A stretch of 64,000 bases of DNA from Gnetum montanum (Eukaryota; Plantae; Gnetophyta). Made by a program: the position numbers and the translations under genes. Of this stretch, positions 1 through 10,700 are shown piece after piece. Below the pieces are notes generated by a model. The model saw only the letters and a program-made list of their open reading frames with translations. It had not been told where the DNA came from and ran no database searches. The stretch lies in assembly GCA_015680685.1 (NCBI GenBank), contig MNCI01001601.1, positions 393,049 to 457,048 of the forward strand. Reading direction: 5' to 3'. Position 1 is the first letter of the stretch; every line of letters starts with the position of its first letter.

Positions 1-762
1 TAAGGACTGGTACCAGCGCTTTCCTTCTTTGGTGAGTGTCCTTGGGAACAACTTAAGCTTCTGCCACTCATTATCTATATTTTGCAAGGCACAGGCATCG
101 TGGAATGCCTGTAAATGATGTTGAGGATCAACGTTGTATCCCCCTTCAAAACGTGGGATATTATTTATGTCCAAACGCTTGATTCTGCTGTCTTTTAAGT
201 GCCTTGTGGGGATCCTAACTGCCTCTGTGATGTCTAGCATGCTTTGGGTTGCGAGTAGGGGTTCGTCATGACCATCCCTGTCATGATGTCTGTGATGTCT
301 TCATGGTGGTTCCCTACTCTCCCTACGTCCTTGCCCTTATCCTAACTCCTCTCGACCTTCCTGCCGAGGTCTTTCATCATCCTTACTTTTACCCTCTCCG
401 TTATGCTCACGATGGTTGCGCCCAGATGTGGAAGGAGAGTGTGAATGGTGAGATGAAGGAGAAGAGGAAGGGGATCCATCATCATGGTGATGTTTCTTAC
501 CTTCTCTTCGGCTGCTTCAGCCCTAATCGTTGTAACGATCTAAGTGTCCATCCTTAGTGTGAGTGGTTGTTCCTGCCGTGAACAGTTGGTGCTCACGGGG
601 ATCAGAGCCTGTAGCATGTATAGTTGATCGAAGGCCTTGATGCCTAACCTCTTCACCATTGTGAGGAGGAGGAACATCATTTTCTAAGAAACCCATAGGA
701 CATGGGGGACCTTGCCCTTCAACAATGAATGTTGGCTCTTCTGCCTTAAGTCCCAAATACAT
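1..762 (-). pseudogene. gag: Ty3/gypsy gag remnant, runs off the left edge, several in-frame stops
   Basis: Minus-strand reading near 1-160 gives IPRFEGGYNVDPQHHLQAFHDACALQNIDNEWQKLKLFPRTLTKEGKRWYQSL, the retrotransposon Gag LFP-x-L-x5-W pattern. It is in the same frame as ORF 523-762, with stops in between. Confidence 0.8.
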
Positions 763-1186
763 TGGGCATCTGTGGAATGATAATCCCTTATGTCAAAGTT
801 ATCCAGAATGTATTCCGCAAATAGTTTTTGCATGCCAATCTGTGCTAAGGCATGGAAAAGCATGTTAGGAATTGATCAATCCGGGGGTAACACAATGTTA
901 CCTTGCGAATCTCTCCACCGAAATTGTTCATCTTGATGGAGAATAAAAGTAAAATCAAGTACATACTCATCAGGATGAGTATATGTCACCTTAGATTGTT
1001 TAGGACATGGCTAGTCTAAGTTATGTGTGTGATGCTGACTGTCTTCTGTGTTATCCTTAGGTGAGTTAACTTTATGAGAAGAAGCCATTTTAATGGTGTG
1101 CTATTCACCGTTATATATGTTCTTAATTAACTAATTAACCCAAAGGTTCGTTAAGGCTCACAATGATGTAAAAGATTTCCTAATGT

Positions 1187-1204
1187 TCTAATTGGCGTAC
1201 ACCA
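1187..1204 (-). promoter_or_regulatory. Probable primer-binding site of the gypsy element
   Basis: Minus strand reads ...CATCA T TGGTGTACGCCAATTAGAAC: LTR-terminal CA, 1-nt spacer, then TGG, upstream of gag. It loosely resembles the tRNA-Arg PBS of Tat/Ogre elements. Confidence 0.5.
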
Positions 1205-1205
1205 A

Positions 1206-1992
1206 TGATGAGTGGCGAGGTGCCCCTACACTCAACCATACGAAACGAGCGTAGCACGCACGATCTGGTCGAACTCCGCAGACTAAATGCCTAAACGCCG
1301 CAAGGAACACTTGGGGTTAATTAATCTCTGTCTTCCCAGACTTACTTGTTGTTGTCACGGTGTATGGTTAAGTAAGTCCGAGGTATATGATTTTTTTGGT
1401 CTTTTCTGGTTTATCTCCTATGCTAANNNNNNNNNNNNNNNNNNNNNNNNNNNNNNNNNNNNNNNNNNNNNNNNNNNNNNNNNNNNNNNNNNNNNNNNNN
1501 NNNNNNNNNNNNNNNNNNNNNNNNNNNNNNNNNNNNNNNNNNNNNNNNNNNNNNNNNNNNNNNNNNNNNNNNNNNNNNNNNNNNNNNNNNNNNNNNNNNN
1601 NNNNNNNNNNNNNNNNNNNNNNNNNNNNNNNNNNNNNNNNNNNNNNNNNNNNNNNNNNNNNNNNNNNNNNNNNNNNNNNNNNNNNNNNNNNNNNNNNNNN
1701 NNNNNNNNNNNNNNNNNNNNNNNNNNNNNNNNNNNNNNNNNNNNNNNNNNNNNNNNNNNNNNNNNNNNCACATGGAAAATATTCTATCTCTGGGGTGATC
1801 AATCCGCCAGAGCTTCGCTACTTAGCCTATCTTATTGGAAATGAGGGGAGTGCCGCCTCTTATTTATAGATTTGGCAGTGGACCGCGATATTGCATCCTT
1901 GATATCGCAGGGAACAACGCAATATCGCATACGTGATATCGCAGCGATATCGCGGCTTGTGCAATTCGCGTCTCATCAAGGCGAAAGCAACA
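1206..1992 (-). mobile_element. Probable 5' LTR of the gypsy element (contains N gap 1427-1768)
   Basis: On the minus strand: TGTTG at 1992, CA at 1206, CTATAAATA TATA box at 1869-1861 and a CpG-rich U3-like region, followed by the PBS and gag. The outer boundary is uncertain. Confidence 0.55.
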
Positions 1993-2801
1993 TTTTTTAT
2001 GGGAAAAAAACATGAGCATTACTTTTATTATTAATTAGAAAAAAAATTTCAAAGCAGTGTCAATGGGCTAGTGTTGATTGGCCTACATTGATGTAGCTAC
2101 GTTAACAAACTTGCAGCCTAGCGTTAACTCAAGGTCTTGCTGGTTTATAAATATGCATGCTAATGTTACCATTTTCATGTCAATTTAAGTGAAGCTAAGG
2201 GAAATTCCTATTGATTTTCTTCATGAAACCCAAGAAAGTTCACAATTCAAGAAATTAACAAGCAAGGATTGACTTTTGTTTGATTAGTAAATTGAATTAT
2301 ATTCTTTTGATAAGCAATAAAATTCATTGTTTTCATTTCCAATAAATTTTGTTTTCATTCTTTCTTATATAATAAATTCTATTGTAAAGGAATCATTTGA
2401 TTTGAAGAGATTTATGCATGAGAATAGTTATTTCCTAGATACTTATTTTGAACCCTTGTAAGAATGTAGAAAAAAAAGCATAATCCATCATATCATATGA
2501 ACTTACTTTTACAAGAGTATAGAAGTACCAATATAAATCACTACATTAGATGAACTAAACTTATGCAAAGCAATACAAGATCTTATAATTTGATAAAGTG
2601 CTAGCCATAATAATAATTATTTGAATTGAATGTCACTACATGTATTCCAATTTGAAATCTCTAAAAAATTAAATTTTCATTATGCTTAAGATCTTTTTAG
2701 AGCTAATTTTCATGTGAGCACCAAGAGAGAGTGAAGCTCTAATTATGTCATCACATTTGAATTTTTTCTAAAACTAACTAAATAGCCAAGTTAGATTTTT
2801 C

Positions 2802-2848
2802 TAGCCAATCTCATTTCATTGAGATAAGGTTAGGATGATGATGATGAT
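2802..2848 (+). mobile_element. RTE-clade LINE 3' terminus with (GAT)n tail
   Basis: TAGCCAATCTCATTTCATTGAGATAAGGTTAGGATGATGATGAT. Similar termini occur at 27293-27352 (-) and 35338-35390 (-) and resemble the plant RTE 3' end. Confidence 0.55.
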
Positions 2849-4677
2849 TAGAAATGTGTTTTCTAGCTCACCAACTTGTGCATTATATATTATGCTTTAA
2901 GCTTCCATCAATATTTAGCATGCTTTGAAAAATTCTTCTAACATTTGAAAATCAATTTTAATTATTTTTTTAAAAAAATTTAGGGATAAGAGTAATTTTT
3001 ATATTTCTTTTAAATGTTTTTCAAAAGAATACTTTTAATTCTCTTGTTGTAAGTTCATAATGTCACTTGGGTATAGGATGAATGTGCTTCTACCTCCTTT
3101 TACCCATTTTCATGGTGTTTCTTTGCCATGAAGAAGTAGAAGCCATTAAATGGTGTTAGAGTGAAGTCATGGGTCCTACGTGGCTAAAAGTTACGGTCCT
3201 TTATTTTATGTTATATTTAAAAAGCATAGGTTCAAAGCTCTTTTTTATAGTGAAATGAAGATATTAATGGGCCTTCATGTGTGAGCACTCCAATTATGGC
3301 AAAGGTCTCTTCTCAAAAAGTTTAAATAGATGTGAATCCCTCTCTTTGTCATGTCATTGTACTAGAAAAATCATTGTGTATTGAGTAAAACATTTTCAAT
3401 TATGTTCTTTTGAGTACATTGGGTTAAGTTTCTCTTAGTTTAAGTACCCTTTCTTTCTTCTTGCATTCTCATAATCTTCTTTCATAAATGAGAAGTGAAT
3501 TATTTAATTTCATGATTCTTTCTCACATAGTTTCTTAACTTTCTCAAAAATGGTTTCTCCATTATATTTTTTACATTTTTTAATCAAGAAATTGGATGTT
3601 ATGCATCTTTAGTGTAGTGTTTATCATAAGAATTAATATTTATCTTAGGGTCCAAGCATTGTTTAGGGGTATAATAGTGAAGTATTAGTCTAATGGTAAG
3701 ACTTCTGATTTGGAAAACCCAAGTTATAGGTTCAATTGCAATGGACAATGTTGAGTTGTACAAGTTATAATTAAGTTTCACTAAAGTTTAGGGGCACCTA
3801 GAATCCTCTAATTTTGGTTTTGACAACTCCTTCCCTTCCCCACCACTGTCCTCCACACAAAGCCAACTATATATATATATGTTGAGTTTGAAAATCATTA
3901 AAAGATTTTCTGTGAATATTAGCTTGGATTCATCAATTTATTGTTTAATCAACTCTATAGTTGAAAGAATTTACTCTCAAAAGCATTTAATTCAAGTTTA
4001 TCATGCTCATTTGTTTCAAATTTCATGTTTTCTCAAGAATTCTAAATTAACATTTCATGTTCATTTGCTCTTGATTTGATGTATAAACTCCGCATGTGTT
4101 GAGCCAAAATTGAGCCATAAATGCTGAATTCCATGTTGATTTGCAGGTTCACATATTTGATTTTCAGAGTATTGTAGCCTTGCTTTATCCTGATATTATT
4201 GAGAAAAATTTAATATTTTTTATTTCAAAATACCAGAATTTATTACCTATCACTAACCTCATCAGCCTGAATTGTTTTAATCTAGGCAATCCACTGAAGA
4301 AGGAAAGAGAAGTGATTTAACAATATTAAAACCTGACTAATAGTTACGATACGGTTTTTCTTATATCAGAAGCTTTTAAAAATCAAAGCAAAAAAAAGTT
4401 TCATCTTTTTAACCTCTTGCATTTTGAGAATGATTAACCTTGGTTTGGCTAAAATTATTAAATCAAAAAAACTTTGAAGTGTGAATCCAAAAAGAAAGAA
4501 TTCAATGCTCAAATTTAAACGTCCAGAATATACAGCTTTTGTAAAATAAATAGACTACAAATTCCTTATTCTCGTGAAAGATTTCCGTTTTAAAAAAATT
4601 CATATACATTGTTTCAATTGAATAAAGCACATATGCTTCTAAAAGAATGATGAATGTGATGGACTTTCACATCATTC

Positions 4678-4759
4678 TCAAAGATAATCTAACAGTGTTT
4701 CTGCTTGGGTAGATTTCAGTCGGCAGCTTTGTCCAAGATGAACATCTCCAAATAGATAT
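4678..4759 (-). CDS. PSAT1: PSAT1 terminal coding exon
   Basis: tttcag|A TAT CTA TTT... = (R)YLFGDVHLGQSCRLKSTQAETLLDYL*, TGA at 4680-4678. Confidence 0.93.
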
Positions 4760-7700
4760 CTGAAATGAATTTGACTTCGAGTAAGAGCCATTAAAATCTT
4801 TTAACACGAACATTACAAGCGATATAATAAATCAACAGGAAAACTATCATGAGCATTAAATACTAAAATTCTCATCTGAACCTGTATTCACAATATTCAG
4901 GCAATGCGCACCGTGCTTTGCCATAGTCCCAGTAACAGTCCTCATCTCTTATTGGCCATCTTTTTGCTGTCAATAAAATAAGATTACTTATGAGAAACCG
5001 AGCAAGAATAAAAGTGCCCATAATGACTATGTCAAAACAATAATGGACTTTGGGAAATAGGAAAATGAAACAATAATGGACTTTGGGAAATAGGAAAATG
5101 AACGGGAGTGTGGATAGTGTTGGAAGAGCGGGTGGGGTGTGTTGGTGGGTTGTTGGTGCCGCATTGGAAGCGTGGAGCATGCTGGAGGGGGTGCAGCAAG
5201 CATTAGTAGTGGCAGAGGGATACTTGCGGATGACAGGTGGGGTCTGGTTTTTTAGGGGGAAGAGCTTTGAGGGCTGGGGATTGTTGAGGGGGTGGTGGGA
5301 GGTTGCATGGTTGGGAGTGCGAAGGGGGCTATTGTCTCACCTTGCAGGGAGGCAGGGATTGAAGCTTGCTCGAGGGAGGGTGGCACCATGAGATTGAAGA
5401 TTGAACATCCACCTTCGGAGGGGTTGCGTACTTTGGAGCTTAGCCTAGTTTGTCTTGGATGGTGTGTAGCCTAAGATGGACCTTATCCGATGTTGGGCCT
5501 GCACAGCTTGAGATTGGAAAATGTGCGGGTCTGTAGCCTGGTGGATGACAGGTTTTTGTTTATGTTCCAGTCAAAAGAAGACAAGGACGAGTTTTGTTGG
5601 GGGGCCCATGGGTTGCTTTGACGTTGTGGAGGCCAGGGGTCCACCGTGATGTGAATCTCTTTGATCGGGCACTGATTTGGGTTTGGATCTTGGATTTGCC
5701 TTTGGAGTTTTGGACGCTAGGCTTTTTGAAATTGCTAACGGGATTGTTTGGAGAATTTATTAAGTTTAACACTTCAACCGTGTCAATGGACAGAATGGGC
5801 TATGCCCGTTTCTGTGTTTGAAGGTCGTTGGGGTCCAAGGATCATGTTAGCAAAGTGGTTTTGGACTTGGCCTTGGGAGAGGAAAAGATATGGGTCTAGT
5901 GTCAGAATTTTCTGATAGTTAAGCTGGTGTAGGGAGAGGCTCCTTTTGTTAGGTGCACGATATGTGGCAAGGGGCACTTTGAGGAATGTCAGGTCTGGCC
6001 GAGGGGTCCACTGCACTAGTCGCAGGGTGGGTGGAACCTAGTTGGGTGGAAGGGTTGAGTGGTGAAGGCAGCGGCTGGGGCACTGGCGGGTCAAGTTCTT
6101 AAAGCCAAACCTCATGTGCTTGCTGTGGGGGTGGTTGTTGGAGGAGGGGGGCAAGGACCTATTGAGAAGGTTGGGAAAATGCCAATGGCCATGGGGTTTG
6201 TTTCGAGGGCATCAAAGTTGTTGGAGGGTGGGAGGTTTAAGCTTGTGGAGGTGGGACATGATGCAATGGTGAAGGATGTGTCTGCCACACAATCCGTCTA
6301 GACACCGAAGGCCAAGGCTACGACCTTGATGGACTTGCAAGGTGGTGAGTTGCCATTGTTAGGGGACTGGATTACATTTGGTTAGGGCTCCTCCTGGCCA
6401 AAGATGCAACATATCATTGGGACCCAATGTGTGCTTGTTGATTTGGAGTCGGGGGTGGCTATGGTTTCCTCGACAGGGAGTAAGGTTAGCCGGCTAGATG
6501 CATTGGTGGTGAGGAAGAAATTGGCACAATTTGATATTGATCTGGGAATGCATGTGGCTGAGCAAGCTGTGGATGAGGCCGATGGTTCAAGACATCTAGT
6601 AGGGCTACTTAGTGGATCAAGAACCAAGGGAATTCTTGAAATAGGGACTGAAGCTGTTAAAACAAAGATTAAGAGCCAAAGCTTCAGAGGAGAAGTACGA
6701 TTTTAGGGCTCATAGGGCATGGTTGCAAGGTAGCCTTCGGGAGATTCAAATGCTACAGGAAAATGGGGCTGACTTGGTTGAGGAGGAGCGTGAGTTGCTC
6801 GAAGAGTTGGATTAGGAAGAGGAGGGCTACTAGCAGCAATAGGCTCGTATTACTTGGTTACATGAGAGAGACAAGAACATGCGGTTTTTCTTTGTTGCGG
6901 CCAAAGGATGGTGGGAAACGAAGAAGAAGCTGCAATATATGTTCGATGGGGAGATGGGGGAAGGGGCCAAGCGAGCGACACAGATTGTTGATGCGATGTA
7001 GGCTTACTAGGAAAATATTTGGCAAGGTAGGGAGACAGAGCGGATTTTGGTTCCTGCGAGATAGGTTCTAAATGAGGCCAAAAACTAGGCTCTAATGTGA
7101 CCTTTTTCCAAACTGGAGTTGGACATTACTATGAAGTTGATGCAAAGCCAATAAGGCACCAAGGCCGAATGGGTGGCCCATTGATTTTTTTTTGGGAATT
7201 TGATGACATTTTGGGGGCAAACCTGTTAGATGCCTTCAATAGTATGTTGCGATGGCAATAGGTTCACAATGAACTCAAAATTGTTCATGGATTGTCCTTA
7301 TTCCAAAGGTGTCGAATCCCACCTCACCGGCACATTTCAAGCCAATTGGGGTTCGTAATACTCTCCTAAGACTTTTCACCAAAATGATTGTTCACCGTTT
7401 ATCGCTGTTAATGAAGAAGCTGGTGGGAGAGAACTAGGTAGGGATTGTCAAAGGCTATTTCTTGCAAGATTAGGTCTTGCTATTGCAAGAAATTCTACAC
7501 TCCTTGCGAAGGTCTCGATTTCCTGGGATGTGTGTAAAGCTGGATATCACCAAGGCCTACAATACTGTAAGTTGGGCAACTTTGAGAGAGGTAATGCTCT
7601 ATAAAGGGTTCGATTATGAATTTGTTAATCTTTGCATTTAGCTGTGAAGTTTTGGTCGATATTCTTTTGACATTGACAAGAGATTGTGGGGTTTCAAGGC

Positions 7701-10700
7701 ACCAAAAAGAGGTTTGCAGTAGGGAGATTTGTTATCACCATTGCTATTTATTTTAGTAATGCACATGTTGCAGAACTATTGCATTGTGGATGGAATGCAA
7801 GGGCTGAATGTTGCTGGGGTCCACTATCTCACTACACATTATGCAGATGATACTATTCTTTTTTCCAGGGTGGCTTGGAGCTAGAGTTGGGTCTCGAAAT
7901 CAATAAAGGCAACTTAGCAATACATTTGATTAACATGGAAACACCAATGTGTGGGTGGCTTGGAGCTAGAGTTGGGTCTCGAAATCAATAAAGGCAACTT
8001 AGCAATACATTTGATTCACATGGAAACACCAATGTGTGGGAGGATAACGTAGGGGCTGGGAATCTTACCAGGCAATATGCATGACTCCTATTTGGGGATG
8101 CTTGTTTTTGACTGGCACCTTAAGAAAACGTGGTCGGGGTTGGTTTAGAGACTACCTGTGAAGACAAATCATTGGATTAATAGGTTTCTAACTAGAAAAG
8201 GAAAGATGATGCTAATGGCGATGGCAAGATTCACTGCTTCCATGGATGTTTTTCACCTGCTGGGGTGATTCAAAAGATTGGTCAGCTCATATGGTAGTTT
8301 ATTTGGTCTAGGGGTAAGGGTGGGGAGAAACCACACTTGGTGTGTTGGGAGAATACGATGAGACTGAAAACAACCAGGGGAATTGAGTTGTTATTGTTCC
8401 ATGATGAGGTTAAGCTAGGCATGCAATTGAGTTGTTATCGTTCCATGATGAGGTTAAGCTAGGCATGCAACACCTTGTGAACAAATTGATCACATAGGAG
8501 GAAGGGTAGGCATCGTGGGTGCAGCTGTTGTAGCAGAAGTATTGTAGGTGGGAAGCTAACATTGGGGGGTCACAATTATGGCTTAATATATGCAAGCATG
8601 TTAGGGAGATGTAGGTGAAGGAGTTGCTTGGTAAACACCCCAAAGAGTTGATCAAGGTGATCCATCCACCGATGGTTGGATTGATATTTGGTGTGGGCGA
8701 CTTCCCAAAAAGATTAAGGCTTTCATGTGGTTAATGGCTTATAAGGTGCTACTAGTGCAGGGACTTTTAAGAACACAGGGAATAAATATTAATACAAATT
8801 GCCACTTTGTACTGTTGGTACTGAAACATTGGATCATCTTTTGTATCGTTGTCATTTTATGCAGGATGTTTGGCGGGTTGCTAGGCTTTTGCCACCATTG
8901 GGGTCGAGCAACGACTCCAAAGAGCTGGTCATGTTGTGGGTTCAGTGGAAGTGCAGAAATAATTTTATTTTTTGTGGGCAAAGGCTACCATCACAAGATT
9001 CCATTGCCAAGAAAGGGTTAGATTTGTGGGCTGAAGCAGTGCATAGTATGGGGTAGACGATCTATGAGCCAACAATCACTGAATTTGAAGGGAACACTAA
9101 GCTTTGGGAGATGATCATAAGAGCCAAACGGGATGAAATGCTTTAGCGTATTGAGGGGGAGCCTAGGCTGCTAGATTAGTCTTTCTTTAATAATTGGGTT
9201 GGCAAGGAAACTAAGTTTCGTGGAAGACAGATCCTGGTGACGAAGACAGCCCTTACTAAGGTTATTGGGATGTCGACAGAGGGGGAAATCATCGCTTTGA
9301 CGCTCAATAGTCAAACATATGCTAAAGAGTTCTTTTGAGGTGTAGTTCCTTGGATTGCAAATGGGCATATCTATAAGACAGTGCTATCTTTGGTGTGGCA
9401 AAATGCGGCTGTCTTGATTAACCGCTTCCTCGTTCAATTAGGGTGCCCCCACAAGTTGTTAGGGGCCCATTTTGCATTTCCGTGGTGCTTGAAGCACAAG
9501 ATTAGGGTCAATATGCCTCATTTCTTTATGGGTTCTTTGAAATGTAGGAGGCCAAGTCAACATCCTGGGGTGATTATGGCTCTATGGTGGTCACGGCTGA
9601 CTGAGATTCCTAGGCAACTGAGGCTAGAGCCCTAGCTAGTTTATTAGAGGAGGCGTGGATGGACTGTTTAGAGAAATTAGGCGCGCGATACTGAGGAGCA
9701 GGGCAAGGAGGGTGTGGGCTCAACAGTTAGAGGTTATGTTTGGGAGGACATCCTAGGGCCCTCATGCGGGGCAAAGTGGAAGGGTTTCATGAGTTTTGTC
9801 GAACTCAAGGAGCTGGTCAAAAAGGCTTGTGTGATTGCAGCTGAGTAGGCACAAACTGAGGAGAAGGCAGCGTAGGAAGCTAGGTGGACAAGGAGGCAAG
9901 CAGATCTTCAACGGGCAAGGGACCTGCAACAAATGGGGGATCTTCTTGAGCGGCAAAGAGCAGAGCTACTACAAATAATTGAATCGTGCCGGAAAACATA
10001 GGAGGGTGATGCAATGTTGCAGGAATTGTGGGAGCATATGCGAACTCAGCGTGAAGGTCGGGCCATAGATGATTCACAGTGGCATGTGTTGGAGAGGTCA
10101 CAGTAAGGTTTATGGGTGTTTGGTTTGGGCAACTTTTGGTTGTGCAGTTGGGGTTTTGACTTGTGGAAGGATTTGGGGTTGTGGTAAGTTGTGTTTTGGC
10201 ACTTGGCATTTTGAGGGTGGATTGAGGAGTGACCGTTTTTGGCTTCAGGCCGAGGTGGATGATTGTGTTTGTGGAGGGTTTTTTGGGGAGTGATTTGTTG
10301 GAGGTTGGGAGGGCTTCTTTTGGGCTTCATGCCCTTGTATATATATATATATATATATTGAGTTAATATATCTCGACATTTTCTCAAAAAAAAAAATAAT
10401 GGATTTTATAAGGCCTTATTTAAAACATGACAATTTTACAAAACAGGAAAAAAATGAGAAAAGGAACACTGAAAAAACAGGGAAAAAAACCTTTTGTTAT
10501 AAAGCTTGATTTTGCATCAGGATGATAGCTGTGCCACAGTTCCAACCAAAGTTCTCGCATAACCACTGAAGATCTAACAAGATTCCTGTGGCTCACTATT
10601 ACAAAAATACATAGTTGGCACTCATTATTATTCCCTTACTTCAATTACTTGTGCATTTATCCTAGGAAATTAGGAATGTTACCTTTGTTAACTTCCCAGA

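Larger units (their letters stand above)
5085..10394 (+). mobile_element. L1-clade LINE copy A (decayed, endonuclease deleted, carries the extra C-terminal domain)
   Basis: ORF1 GGPW...IWVWILDLPLEFW (DUF4283-like) with a zinc knuckle; RT KLDITKAY, HYADDTIL; zf-RVT PKKIKAFMW...PLC...HLLYRC; poly(A) at 10386-10396; TSD AATAATGGA(C/T)TTT at 5039-5051/5072-5084 and 10395-10407. Confidence 0.93.

Noticed and set aside
1287-1869. Long ORFs in several frames
   Set aside because: Artefacts of translating through the N gap 1427-1768; the same applies to ORFs over the gaps near 17236 and 41742.
3680-3750. tRNA-like A box (TAGTCTAATGG) and B box (GGTTCAATT)
   Set aside because: No convincing acceptor or anticodon stems. 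At most a decayed SINE head, not a tRNA gene.
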